From assembly GCA_013239625.1 (NCBI GenBank), contig MU054323.1, forward strand, positions 12,779,694-12,843,693: a stretch of 64,000 nucleotides of DNA, read 5' to 3'. Source of the stretch: Lama guanicoe. Its lineage: Eukaryota. The position numbers and the translations under genes are program-made. The notes beneath the pieces were generated by a model that saw nothing but the letters and a program-made list of their open reading frames with translations, made no database searches and was not told the DNA's origin. Shown piece after piece: positions 50,794-64,000 of this stretch. Every line of letters begins with the position of its first letter. The stretch's first letter is position 1.

Positions 50794-51295
50794 TTTTCTT
50801 TTTTCTTTTTCTTCTTTCTACCTTAAGCACAATACAGCAATTTATTAAGATGCTTAAAGTGAATGCAAAGGGAAATAAAGATTGCAAAATTATACATTCT
50901 ACCTTAGTGTATCATACATTAGATGGTGTAAAGAATACAACTGGGTGGTGTTTAACTAAAGATAAAACTAAATATCCCAAATGCAGTGCTCGTTGGTTTG
51001 CTGCTTTTATATAGACCTAAGACCTAAAGAGTGTCAAAATAAGTAGCTTCAAAGTCAATTCTTGCATGTGATTTTAGCTTAAAAAATTTCAGAAAACAGA
51101 TCTGAAATACCAGTTTTCATTTTTGACAACTGAAATGTCAAGGATATTTAGACAAGAAAAATTCAGTAACATAAGACAATCCAGATGTGTGTCTTATGTG
51201 ACTGGTCTCTACTGTAAGATTGTAAAAAGTTAAGTGCAAAATCTAAGTCTGTCCAAAAGTCCACGCTTGTGTAGTTTCAGGCTTTCATTTGATGA
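50794..51295 (-). pseudogene. Probable processed retrocopy of an mRNA 3' UTR (parent gene not identified; 5' boundary approximate)
   Basis: Minus strand: AATAAA (50846-50841) followed ~22 nt later by a degenerate poly(A) (50817-50794). The body is AT-rich unique sequence unlike any repeat I recognise. No clear TSD. Confidence 0.5.
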
Positions 51296-52264
51296 TCTAG
51301 GTACAGTATTTATTACACAGCAAGGGCAACACTAAAAGGAGAAACAGATCTATGATGGATACATGATAACAATATCACAGGCATTGCTAGACGAGGTGAG
51401 AAGGACTGTAGCTAATTTCTTGATTCAGTAGAATGTTAGGAGGTTGGAATGGAACGAAAGTAGAACAGCAGTTTGGGGCTTGTAGAACAGATAGGTAAGT
51501 AGATACTGCAGCAGACATTTTAATTTCAAGAAGAGCTGAATAGGAACATAGAGCACCTTTTTTTATCACAATAGTTTTTTATTTTAATAAAAGTCAAGAG
51601 GGAAAGATTGGTACAGTTTTTCCTATGTGTTGATAAAAATGCTAAGTAACTTATTAGAACATTCCAAATTAAGAAAAATCTGAAACTCAGAGAAAATTTC
51701 ATAAATATTTCAGCATTAGTGTTTAGTAAACATTTAATACCACTGGTGATTATTCCCTTTTAAACTTATGGAATGTAGAGACTCTTGAATGGAGATCAAA
51801 CCTGTTTTGATCACCAGTTTGTATCTGACAAGTAAATAGTACCTTGTTGATAATGCTGACCTGTCTCAGGTCTTCTGTGGGGGAGAGGAAGGATTCCCAG
51901 GCTATGACACTTGGGTCCCTGTCACATCTTTATTGTCTAGCCTGGGTGACAACCTGGGAAAGTTACTATATTCTGTTTCCTCATTTGCCTTTCCCACATC
52001 ACACATTCTTAGAGGATCAGATTAGATCTGTAAAAGTGCTTTGCAAATGTGTTATTAAACATTGGATATTAGTAGGCAGGTCGATACACTCCCCCATCAG
52101 GATGTGAAAAGGTGAGAGTTTTGGATCCTTTACAGCTGAACTGTCCAGTATGGACAGGATTTCATGAACTCTGTACGAAAAAACGAATGTATAGTATCTT
52201 AATTAATAATTTTATATTGATACGTGTTACAACGATAATATTCTTGATGTATTAGGTTAAATTA

Positions 52265-52267
<3 letters not shown>

Positions 52268-52307
<40 letters not shown>
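52268..52307 (+). repeat. (TAT)n microsatellite within a MER33-like element (~52140-52365)
   Basis: About 13 trinucleotide units, flanked by MER33-like text (gataatattcttgatgtattaggttaa / gtggctattagatgatttaaaattatat). Confidence 0.9.
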
Positions 52308-52794
52308 TTGCTTTTTAAAGTGTGGCTATTAGATGATTTAAAATTATATACCATGTAGCTCTAATTTGAAATTATGAAAGGCCTGTTTAGAAAAAAGTTG
52401 GCCACCAGGGTGCGCTGTGTACCTGCTAGCCCTGCTGTTTGAAGTTGTGCTGGTCAGGGAGGAAGAGGCACTTTTTCAGTGGATCCTGAGCCTAAAGTTC
52501 TGTGTTCCTGCCATCCGAAGTTGTTGGAGGTTGCTGTACTCTTCTCAAAACCTTATAGATAGAGCTAGGTCTCCAGTTAGGATGAATCTGAGGATGGACA
52601 AGGGGAGTTGTTCCTTTAGACTATGATTTGGGCAGGTTAACTGCTTAGCAGTTAGGAGATTATCAGTTAAGAGGTTGTCCTCTTAGCCATAGACAGTTTC
52701 TAGCCTTCTGAAGGGGAAGGCTGGGAGGCTCTGCCCACCTCCATCCAAAGTCTTCCTAGTTTTAGCTACTTTTATTGAATAAGAGAAAAAAAAC

Positions 52795-54950
52795 TTAGAT
52801 CAAGGTTATTGAGGAATAATTTACATAAAATAAAATTACCTATTTTAAGTGTTTTGACAAATAGGTTCATGTAACCACCACTGTTATAAAAATATAGAAG
52901 CATTTCCATTATGTCAAAAAGTCCACTCATACTACTTTGCAGTCGGTCACTTTCCCTCCCACTGGTCTGCTTTCTGTCACAGATTACAGCTGTTTTTTCT
53001 AGAATTTTAAGTAAATGGAATCATATAGTATCACTTTTCTGTGTCTGTGTTCTTTCACTTAGCATAGTGTTTTGAGATTCATCTATATTTTGATTCTAAC
53101 AGTTAGCTCCTGTTTATTGCTGAGTATTATTTCGTTGTATGGATAAGCCACAGTGTGTTGTTTGGTAGACACAATTTGTCTGTTGGTAGACCATTGAGCC
53201 ATTTAGAGTTTTTGGCTATTATAAATAAAGTTGCTTGGAACACTTATGTGTAAGTCTTCACGCGGCTTATGTTTTTAATTATCATGGGTAAATGCCAAGG
53301 AATGGAATGGTTAGGCTGTGTGGTAAGTGTGATTTTAGCTTGTTGAGAAACTGCCAACTGTTTCCCAAAGTGGTTGTACCATTTTACATTTCCACCCTCA
53401 ATATATGAGAGCACAATTGCTCTACATCATTGCCAGTGCTTGGTGTGATCAGTTTAAAAATTTTTCGCTATTCTTGTGAGTGTATGTGTCGTGTATCTCA
53501 TTGTGATTTTACTGTTTTTGATGAGTCATTTTTTTAAGTCTATTTTATTGAGATGTAACTTATACACAGAAAAATTGACCCATTTTAATTATACAATTTG
53601 ATGAGTTTGGCAAATACATACACCCAACCATTACAATCAGGATACATTTCCTTACCCTAGAAAGTTCCATCCTACCCTTTGCAATTAATCCCCCACCCCT
53701 TCTGGTCCTAAACAGTCAGTGATCTGCTTTCTGTGACTATAGATAGTTTGCCTTTTCTAGAATTTCATGTGAATGGAACCATACAGTATGTACTCTTCTG
53801 TATCTGGCCTCTTTTGCTCAGCATGTTGTTTTGAGATATATCTATGTGGTTGCATGTGTCAGTCCTTCCTTTTTCTTGCTGATTAGAATTCCATTAAATG
53901 GAGATAGCATAATTTTTCTTTTTAATCTGTTTACCTGTTGACAGACATTTAGATTGTTTCCAGTTTGGGGCTGTTACAGATAAAACTGCTGTGAACACTT
54001 ACATACATGTCTTTGTTTCTCATGGGTAACTATTTAGGAGTGGAACTGATAGCTATTGTAAGAAACTAGCAATCTGTTTTCTGTGGTTGTACCATTTTGC
54101 ATTTTACCCAGAAATATATTAAAGTTCTAATTGTTCCAGATCCTTGTCAATATTTACTATTATCAGTCTTTTAAATTTTATCTAAAGTGTGTGTACTAGT
54201 TAATTCTAATTTTAATTGGTATTTCCCTGTTAACTACTGTTTTGAGAATCTTTTTCTGTGCTCATTGGCCATTCTTTTATGAAGTGTCTGTACATATCTT
54301 TTGTCCATTTTTATATTGTGTTGTTTATCTTCTCATTATTAAGTTGTAATTCCATATTCTGAATACAAACCTTTTTTCAGATCTTTGTTTTGTGAACATG
54401 TTCTCTGAGTCTAGAGGTTGGCTTTTCATTTCCTTAATGATGTCTTCAAAGAGCAGAAGTTTTTAATTTGATGAAGTCCGCTGTATTAAGTTTTTCTTTG
54501 ATGGTTCAGGTTTTTGGTGTCCTGATTAAGGATAGTCTGCCTATCCCAAAGTTGCAAAGCTTTTTCTCCTATGATTTTTTTCCTGGAAGTTTTTTAGTAT
54601 TCGCTTCCACATTAAGGTCTGTGATCAATTTTGATTTAATTTTTGTGTACAGTATGAGATAAGGGTGGAGGGCCACTTTTCCCCCAAATGGATATCCAGT
54701 TGTTCTAACACCATTTATTGAAAAGACTTTCCTCTGTTGAAGCAGCTAGGCGCCTTGTTGAAATCAACTGACCATATAATATGGGTTTAAAATTTGGACT
54801 ACTTTCTGTTTCTTTCATCTAGATGTCTGTCTTTGTTGCCAGTAGCACACTGTCTTGGCTTTGTAGTAATTCTTGAAATTAAGTACTTTATCAAGTTCTC
54901 TAAGTCTTCAGGTTTTATTCTTTTTTCATTGTTTTGCCTATTCTAGATCT
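52795..54950 (-). mobile_element. Two nested or adjacent old L1M fragments (ORF2 end and 3' UTR)
   Basis: Antisense L1 motifs: aaactgccaactgtttcccaaagtggttgtaccattttacatttccacc, cagaagtttttaatttgatgaagtcc, gatatccagttgttctaacaccatttattgaaaagac. Confidence 0.8.
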
Positions 54951-55088
54951 TGATGAGAAATGGAGTTGGGAATTGAGGTTTTGGATTAAGATTTAAAAGC
55001 AGAGTAGAACGATTTGTTTTGAATCCTGATGCATCAGTAAAAGGGACTTTTGCATACTAGGCTCAATCAATGATAGCTGATATTCCCT

Positions 55089-55253
55089 ATTATTTTATTT
55101 ATTTATGTATTTATTATTTACTTATTTTAATTTATTGCAGGGGGAGGTAATTAGGTTTACTTATTTATTTTTTTGATGGAAGTACTGGTGACTGAACCCA
55201 AGACCTCGTGCATGATAGGCATGCACTCTACCACTGAGCTATACCCTCCCCAG
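55089..55253 (-). mobile_element. tRNA-Ala-derived camelid SINE (Vic-1-like, long form) with a perfect 18-bp TSD
   Basis: Minus strand ggggagggtatagctcagtggtagagtgcatgcctatcatgcacgaggtcttgggttcagtcaccagtacttcca...aaacctaattacctcccc plus an A-rich tail. TSD tgatagctgatattccct at 55071-55088 and 55254-55271. Confidence 0.9.
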
Positions 55254-55505
55254 TGATAGCTGATATTCCCTGATATTGATGTTGTCAGTGCATTCCTGAG
55301 GTATAGATGGCATGTTCTCCATTTCTGCACAGCAAATTGTCCACAGATACGTGTTTCACAAGAAGCAGCCTATGAACCATATATAGACATTGTAAAATCT
55401 TAAACAGAAAGATAAGTTATCCTTCCTAGCAATCTGTTGCATATAGTCTGTTAAATGAATCAAATTTAATTTTTGTTTTGAATATTTTCTTTGATATTCC
55501 ACCAG

Positions 55506-55618
55506 AATCTTGAGCTCAGTGATGATACTGTTCTAAATGAGATAAAGTTAGCAGATAGCGAACAGTTTCAGATGCCCGACCTGTGTGCTGAAGAGCTTGC
55601 TGTTATCCTTGGAGTCTG
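55506..55618 (+). CDS. TTC27: TTC27 exon 8
   Basis: ccaccag|AATCTT...GTCTG|gtaagt, 113 nt. Encodes [37 protein letters not shown](C). Confidence 0.95.
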
Positions 55619-55994
55619 GTAAGTAATGACTTACTTGGCTACTTTGAACTCCTTGCATACTGGTTGTCTTGTGTTGTGAAAATCCTTGCTCAAGCAGGTC
55701 CTGAGAGTTCTGGATGAATAGGGAATCTCATAATGGCTTATGAAGATCAAGAATAGTTGTGCAACCAATTAAAGGATTCGAAATTAAGAATCTCAGAAAT
55801 CCCTTGTAAGTTGGTATATTATTCTTCTCTTTTCCCTCATAAACAAAATTTTTTTGGTTAGCCTTAGCTAGGAATAGACTCAATGAAATATTTAGGATTG
55901 GTGACTGTTTTGGCCTTTAAGGATATTTACATTCAAATGATAGAATTATTTTTTAATACAGTAGAACCTTGTGTGTGGTAGAAATAGTTTTTCA

Positions 55995-56690
55995 TTTTAT
56001 TTTGTTTTATTTTTCAATTTTGAAATAGTTTCAAATTTGGAAAACAGTTGCAAGAGCAAGGCATTGCGAAGAACTTTCGAGAATAATCTGCCAATATGAT
56101 ACTCTATCACCCTTGAATAGTGTGTATTTTCAACAAACAAGAAATTTTTGTACATAGCCATAATACAGCTATCAAAATTAGGAAATTAACTTCCACACTT
56201 TGCGATCATTTAATATTCAGACCTCCTTCAAGTTTTGCCAGTTGTCCCAATAATTTCCTTTATAGCACAGGATCCAGTCTAGAACATATGTGTCACGTTT
56301 AGTTGTCATATAGCTTCAGTTTCTGTCAATCTAGAATAGTTCTTCATTTTTGCTTGACTTTCATGATCTTGACACTTTTGAAATTTATAAGCCAGTTATT
56401 CGGTATAGTTTCTCTCAGTTTGAGTTTGTCTGATAAAAAGAATATGTAAATATATATATATAATTAGATTCACATTCGACATCATTAGCAGGGGTATCAG
56501 ACAAGTAAGGTTTTGTGGTTCTTATTGCCTCCCAGCAGGTAGAACACAATTAAGATTTGTTCCACTACTGTTGATGTTAACTTTGATCACATGATTACAC
56601 AGGCTTCTCCAATGTAAAGTTATTCTTTTTACCTTTGTAATTAATTAACATGGTTCTTTTAGAATACGTAAAATCCCATTTCCCATCTGG
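55995..56690 (-). mobile_element. Old L1M (L1MC/MD-like) 3' fragment
   Basis: atcaaaattaggaaattaac...agttttgccagttgtcccaataatttcctttatagc...ttgactttcatgatcttgacacttttgaa; same family as ~40950-41370. Confidence 0.65.
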
Positions 56691-59600
56691 AGATTTAGCA
56701 ATTTTCAAAATAGGATGTTTCACAAAGTTACAGTATTGAGACTGGTTAAATTAGGAATAAGCAATTTAAGAAAGGGAGCATTTATTAAAAAATTGTCTTC
56801 TAACTCAGTAGAATTTATCTTTTTGTGTTCACCTCATAGGCTTTTATCTTCCTTACACTAACAGTAGTCTTTTATTTATACAAAAGTTAAATTCGCTTCT
56901 ACAGTCCTCTTTTGTTAGATTAAAAAGGATCACACATATAGAATTCTGTTTCTAAATCCAACTCATTTGTCCTATCACATTATTTGATTCCAGTGACAGA
57001 ATTTATGCTTACTTCTGAAAAATTACTTGTTTTGTTCATGATACTTAGTATGTAAATGATATAAACAGCAACCAGTTGCAAGCAATATTATGTGCTCAGA
57101 ATTATACCACGTGCTTTCACATTAGCCCTCATTAATGTTCTAACAATCTTAGAAGTTCTTGTTTTTGTCACTTTTCAGGTGGGAAATCAGGGTTCAAATG
57201 ACTAAATGACTCACTCAGAATTATAGTGCAGCAATTAGGGCTTGAATCCAGATTTTACTGACTCAAATTCTGTTTTCCTTTATGCTATTTCTTAAAATAA
57301 TTTGGCAAATTCATAATTGTCAACTCATCAGAAAACTAAATCAAACCAAATATATGTTTTCCTAGTCATTCTCTCAGTTGAAGTTTAGCTATATTCAGTT
57401 AGACTTCATAGTTGAGAGAGGACTAAAAACCTAGAAAATGCTTGTCTTCAAATACTATTTTTGTCCCCAAATATGATCTTGGTAGTATCTCAATACATAG
57501 AACAGTTAAAAAGTGTTGAATGTATTTCATGGGCAATTTAAATCTTCATTGTTTGGTAGAAACTACTTGATTATATTCTGAATCTTGGAGCATCTGCTGC
57601 AATTTGTAAACCTCTGGATTAAAACATCAATGAATTGATGATCCGCGTGCACTGAGTTACTATGTGGGTTGTAAACAGTGGTTTTGTGATACTGCCTGAT
57701 CTCTGTCTGATCTCCATGGTTATTAGCCCCTATGAAGAGGAGACTTGGACATTGTGGGAAGCTGGGTTGTTTGGAAAGGAGACATAGGGTGAATTCTTAC
57801 AGATCATGGATTGGCCAGACCATGGGGCTAGCTTCATGCTCCTTTTCTTTCATTCTTGCTCTTCACTGGCCTCCTGCTTGAGTTTGATTTTACCTGAAGA
57901 CCCCGTGCTAGAACTTGTCCCATGTCTCATATATCGGTATACCTGATTGCTTTTATGTAAAGTAATTGTGGGGAGGAATTTCTTAAAGTACAGTGATCCT
58001 TCAGTAATTCAGACAACTGGAGTGGGGATGGTAATTCCTTTTGAATGAACAGTCTGACTTTCAGATTGCAGAGGAATCCCTGCTAAGCCTAAGTCAGTAA
58101 ATCATGGTGAATTGTGGTGGCCTGTTAGAGTTACTGTATCATAATTATTTGTAATGAGCCTGTAGCATTTCACTTTATATACTTTATGCAGTGAAGTTAG
58201 GATTGGAATTTTGTATGTGAGAGTTGAATGTTGATCCATTTTGGATGAGGTTCTTATTGTAGAGTGACTTTTATTCTACTTATCTATTTACTTTGTTCAC
58301 TTATCGGAATCATGTCTTAGAACTGAAAGGACCTTAGGGGTTAATTGGCTCATCTTGCCAATTGATACATAATTCCTTTGTGTAGTCAAACCAGTAATGT
58401 CTAAGTATGTATGTGCATGCATTGTGTGTATGTATGTGTTTTTAATTGAGATAAAATTGAGATATAGCATTGTATTAATTTCAGGTGTACAACATAAAAT
58501 GATTTCATAATTCTTCCCTTCCACTCTTTTTTTTTACCAACAGTAAAAATATGTTCATTTAACCATTATTATGTGAACATTTTATGCTTATTATAAAATC
58601 CTCCAACAACATTGAAAATTTCAAGGACATGGTACTATTTTGTGAGGTGGTACTTTCTTTTCATTCTTAATATGAGGAATATTTACATACAAAATAATTA
58701 GTGTAACATATAAATGTAAGTTACATAGCGTAATAATAAAATGAACCCCCCACCCAACTTAAGACCTAGAAGATTGCAGATACCATGAGCTCAGTCTGTG
58801 CTTCTTTCCCATCTGTCCTCTTGCCTCTCTTTAAAATGTAATCACTGTCCCGAGTTTTGCGTTTTGCCATTTTCTTGGCTTTTGAGAAAATATGTTTACT
58901 CACATGTCTTTTATGCCTTTAAGTCAGTTGCTTCATCTTGTTTCTTTCTGAGCTTTATAAAAAATGCTGTCTTACAATATGTAGTCTTCTGTGATTTGCT
59001 TTCTTCTTTCACTGTTGTGTTTCATCCACGTTGTTATACATAGGAGCAGTTTACTTTGCAGTATAGCTTTTCATTGGGTGAATACTTTACAGTTTATTAC
59101 TTTCTTTTTTGGACATTTGAATTATTAACAGGTTTTTCCTATTATACACCATATTACTATGGGTATTTGTGTATACTTCTGGTACACCTGTTTAAGAATT
59201 TCTCTGGCCTCCGTACTAGGCTGGGATTACTGAAGTTAGGATATGTGCACGCTCACTTTACAAAACAGTGCTCAGTTGTTTTCCAAAATGATTCGACCAA
59301 GAAGCTCCAGTTGTGCAATCGGTTAGCGTGTGGTTCTTATACAAAATGATTTGGCCAAGTCATACTTGAATCAGCAGGATCTACGAATTTCCATTGTTCT
59401 GCCTCTGTGACAACCTCTTAATCTTTGCCTGTTACATGGTTATAGTAAATTTTCTTTGTTTGAATTTAATAAATAGGAGTCAGTGCCATAGTAATTCTTT
59501 TTATTTTCTTTGTGGAGTAGCACAGATTGGATTTCATTTTTCCTTATAAAAGAAGTTACATTGACATTAGTGCACCAGCCACAGCTTATTTGTTAGCATT

Positions 59601-59791
59601 TTATTACTTTTTTGTGTTTATCTTTGGCACTCTCATCTCTACATTTGTATATGGTACATTAATATTGAAATATGTGCTTTCAAAATATATAAAATTTTTT
59701 AAATTTTAAAAATTATACTTTTTAAAAATCATACTTCATTCATTACAACATGCATTCTGGGATTAATTTGCTTTTTTTTCTTTTAATTTAA

Positions 59792-59953
<162 letters not shown>

Positions 59954-62900
59954 TGAAACACTGCCACCTAAGGAAATTAAAGAGAAAAAAAAATAAAACT
60001 CATCATTTTAGTTTCCAGGCTGCATATATCTTGCTGCTTATTTAGATACAAGCATTTTGCTTTGTACTTGCTTGAATTTGAGGGCAGTGAGCAAATATTT
60101 CTTGTTCATTGATCCCAGGTACCGGTCCAATGTGTTGCGCATAACAGGCACTAAATAAATACTTGTTGAAAGAATAAATGAAGTGACAGATCAAGAGTTT
60201 GAATCTTCACTCCAAACCCAGTAGAGTGTGTACCTCTTTCTTCTGAAATTGAGGATAATACTACACCGATGAGATAAGGAAGAGGACGTCAGAGAGGGAG
60301 GAGCAGACCTGGGAGAGCATGGGTGATAGAATCAGAGGCAGTGTTGAGAGCGTGGGCTGCTTGTCAGATTTCCACAATGGTGAGCGGTCAGGAGGAGGGC
60401 AGTGGTGATGGTTCAGGGAATGCTCTGCTGATCTCTGGGATGGTTTCAGTGGAATAGCTGGGTAGTCACCTCACTACAGAGAAATACAGAAGGAATGGGA
60501 AAATAAAGGAAAATAAAGTTGATAGATGAAAACCACAGTTGGAGTGTAAAGGAAAGACAGAGTAACAGATGTTTAAGGATTCCCAATCAAAGAAGGCTTT
60601 TGGAGAAGAGAAAACTCACAAAGCAAGGGGTCAGTCAGTATCTTTTTAGCTTAAGGGATAACAAGAAGATAAGACATGTCTTTAATGAACACAAGTTGCT
60701 TAAGATATATCATCTTCTCAAAGGCATTTTTATTATCATAGTTAGGAATCAAGTTAGAATTCTGGTGTTTTCTTCTTTTGGTATTTTTCAGATAAGGCAA
60801 GAACAAAGTACTCTTATCTGGTAGAAAGAAAAGCTTGCTTACTTTGTAGTGTAATAATCAACTTTGCAAATTACTGTTTTCTACATACAATTTTGGAACT
60901 GGTTGGATGCTAATCTCTTAAGTCCTTGGTTGCCTGTTTCATTTTCCCACTTCAGTACCCTTAGAAATCTGCTGTTTTGCGTTATAGCATACGTGTGTTT
61001 TGGTAACTGTGTAGAATGTCCCTGATTATTTGTTACCTGTGCTATAAGGAATTTGACAAGTAAAGTGTTAAGCATTTTTTAAAAGATATACTTAAAAAAT
61101 TATTATGTACATCCTACTTATTCATTCAGCTGATGTTGGTTGAGTGCTTAGCATGCACCAGGCACTGTGCTGGTTGTTGGAGATACAGCAGTAAACAGTC
61201 TTTTCCCTCTTGGATTTTACATCAACTTGCATTCTTGTGGGGGAAATTCACAATAGACAAAGAAATGGATATTTAATAGACGTGCTCAGGAGAATAGTGT
61301 AAGGGGGTGAGAATGGGTTGGGCATGGCTGTTTTTGGCAAGATGGTAGGGGGAAGATCTCAGTGGAGGTGGTGTTGAACATGGGTCTTCCCGACATGAGA
61401 CACAGGAAAGGGCACAGAGGGTCTGGAACGGTGGGGAGCTGGAGTCAGTGCAGGGAAGTGCAGAGCTGGTTGGGGACAGTCACCTAGAATCTGTATGATA
61501 AATGATGACCAGGATGCTTGGGTTTCTTCTGATGACTGCGGCAACAGGATGCAGTGTATGACAGGAGGTGTTCCTGCTGGCCTCTCATGGGGAGGATGGT
61601 CAGCTGTTACATCTTCTTGGGATGGACCTCGTGAGGAGTTTATTGTGTTTGCGTTCTCTGCAGTCATCCTGAAAACACATTAAAATACTCTTTAAGCAGT
61701 TATTTTTTAAAAAATTGTTTCTTCTGGGTGGGATATGTTTATTCCTTTCCTTAACCTTACTTCTTTTCTGATTTTTTAAAAAATTTCTTTTCCTGTTCTT
61801 ACTCCTCTGTACAGTGAGGTACTTGTGAAATAATTAACTCAGGTAACCTCTGCTGGTAGGTCACTCATCCCGCCTAGCTGCAGTGAAGCTCGTGAACTCG
61901 GGTTTTGTACCCCCCCCCCCCCCGCCCCGGGCCTTTCTCATACATAATTCTCCTGCTCTCCTCCTCCAGCTCTTCCAAAGCAGAACTGGCCTGCGGACTG
62001 ATCTCTTTTTGCAGGAAAGCTGTTCGGTGACAGTGCTTCCTAGTGCCAGGCCTCACTCTTCTACTTCTAATCCCAAGTAAATCTTTAATTGGTAAGAAGT
62101 AAGGCAAGGAACTTACATGTGAGAGGAGGGCTTTTCGGAGCCACATGCATCCTTTGGGCTGTGCAACATCCATTCCTTTTTTTAATCCTAAAGGAAGCAT
62201 ACAGAATACAGCAGAAAAACCCAAATCAGCCCTTATCAGTCCTTCCTCTTAACCCTTCTTTGTGCGTGATTCTGAAACGGGTAATAAGGTGCATTAGAAG
62301 TGACCCCTGGTTTCAATGAAGAATTTCACTGAAGTTTCTATCCTATATAATGATATATCTTGTACATAAATATCTTTTATTTATAACGTGTCTGACTCCA
62401 AAGGAGCAGTTGAGGCAAGGGGGACCACTTTTAGGTACTACCTGCTTCTGAACTTTCTTTTAACAAGGATCAAATTTGGGCTTATTGTGATTATTTATGT
62501 ATATGTCTTATCTTTCCCATAAGACTATAAACTCCCAGTTTTAAAGTCTGGTCTCTGTTCTTCTCTGGGTTTTCTCTAAGGCCTACTACAGTGCACCAGT
62601 ACTGTGCTCACAGTTGTTGCTCAAGAAACCTGTGCAGAATATGGGAATGACTGAAGTACACTAGAACCCGGAGCAGGACTTAGTTCTGAAATTTGGGGAG
62701 TACTATTCCCCAGTGTACTACCGGTGTATCTTACCAGGTGGTAAGGATAACCTCCTGTTTAAAATACATCTTCTGTAAAATGAGGGAAGGAATGGTGTAT
62801 CCCTCCCTTGGCACTGAAGATTTGTTTTCAGGATCAAATTACAGAATGTAGATGAAAATATTTCGGAGTAGGTAGAGACTGGTGCACCCGTGGCATTCAG

Positions 62901-63974
62901 TGGTGAGTCAGGTTATCTGGTCACTAGGGTGTAGGAAAGCATTACTATTTACAAGGAATAGGAATTCCTAATTGGATAAGACCTGTTTTTGGCTGTCGAT
63001 GTGGGAGAGAAGGGAGTAGCCAGGAAAGAAGCAGCATCTCCTTCCTCGCTGGGCATCCATTTCCCTGCTCTGGCTGCAGCGTGGAGGCCAGGGTCTTGAT
63101 TTCTGTACTGTTGAAGCTGTGAGGTTCTTCCTCTGTTAATAGAAGAGCAAGTACAGTCGAAATCTTACCACACCTACCAGAGTATTGTGAGCACTTGGAG
63201 GGATAGGAACCACAGTTATTGGACATTTGATAAATACTTACTGAATTAACAAATGAATGGCTTATCGGTCCTGAATTTCCTTCACGTTTGTTCAGCTGTC
63301 CTAAAGTTTACTAAAACAATGGTGAACTCTCTTTTTTGGAAGGATTCTTGCCAGTGTTTTCAGGTTGGTGTAGCTTGTTGAAATATATGTGAGGTATGTT
63401 GGGAAAATGTTTTGATTCAGCAATGTCAGAAGATTGTCCTAAAAGGAATACTTTTTTTTTTTTAACATTGTCATTATGTCATGCTGTTCCTGCGATAGTC
63501 TATCCTCACATTTCAGGAAACCTGAATGAGTCATAGCAAAAATGACTAATACTGTTTTAGAGAGCCATTTATGTTGTATTGGTTTGATAATTTAAAATTA
63601 GCTGTGTTATCTACGTTATTTCCTTTCAGATGAGCCAAGTCAGTGACATTCAGTAATGCTTTTAATTTCCTTTCATTGTTGAAAATGGGAACAATTTAGT
63701 TAATTCATACAGGTGTTTCAGTTTTCATTGGCAAAAGTTCTGCTTAAGTGTGAATTGACACTGGCAGCCTGCCTTCTGTCTGCCTGAAGCCCCAAGGTCT
63801 CTGTAAATGAAAAAAGGAAAAAGACCTTTGGAAGTTATTCATTATATTATATGTATTTTCTCTTTCTGCTATTAATTTTAAAGCTATTTAATGCATACGT
63901 ATCTGTGCACTTGAAATAGTTTGCTAACCATTTTTACAGATTAAAATAATACTATATTTTTTCTTCTAAGGCAT

Positions 63975-64000
63975 AATTATTTATTTTTGGGGGGGGGAGG
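63975..64000 (-). mobile_element. Probable tail of another Vic-1-like SINE, cut by the window edge
   Basis: ttatttatttttgggggggggagg matches the start of the tail seen at 55130-55147 (ggggaggtaattagg). Confidence 0.4.

Noticed and set aside
62696..62745. Two tiny hairpins (ggggagtactattcccc; cttaccaggtggtaag)
   Set aside because: Stems of 5-7 bp are expected by chance, and they lie in a MIR-like remnant.

Overview
Mammalian autosomal DNA, almost certainly from a camelid, based on tRNA-Ala-derived Vic-1-type SINEs and camelid-like L1 tails. Two head-to-tail + strand genes are present. The first is the 3' end of BIRC6 (BRUCE/Apollon): six coding exons encoding the UBC/E2 domain with its catalytic Cys and the C-terminus, stop at 16854-16856, and a 3' UTR ending near 17825. 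The second is the 5' part of TTC27: a CpG-island promoter at about 23.6-24.2 kb and coding exons 1-9 (24033-59860), all splicing in frame by GT-AG; later exons lie beyond the window. Introns and the roughly 6-kb intergenic spacer are filled with L1, L2, MIR, hAT/Tc-mariner MITEs, SINEs and an LTR-less ERV pol fragment. I see no new protein-coding system. The most notable observations are a 68-bp near-identical inverted copy of TTC27 intron 3 sequence fused to the ERV fragment, a single-arm counterpart of the primate MIR4765 hairpin, an apparent processed 3'-UTR retrocopy in TTC27 intron 7, TTC27 start-codon turnover with a strong-Kozak uORF, and a fresh 107-109-bp tandem duplication. Gene and repeat identities come from my recollection of known sequences, not from a database search.
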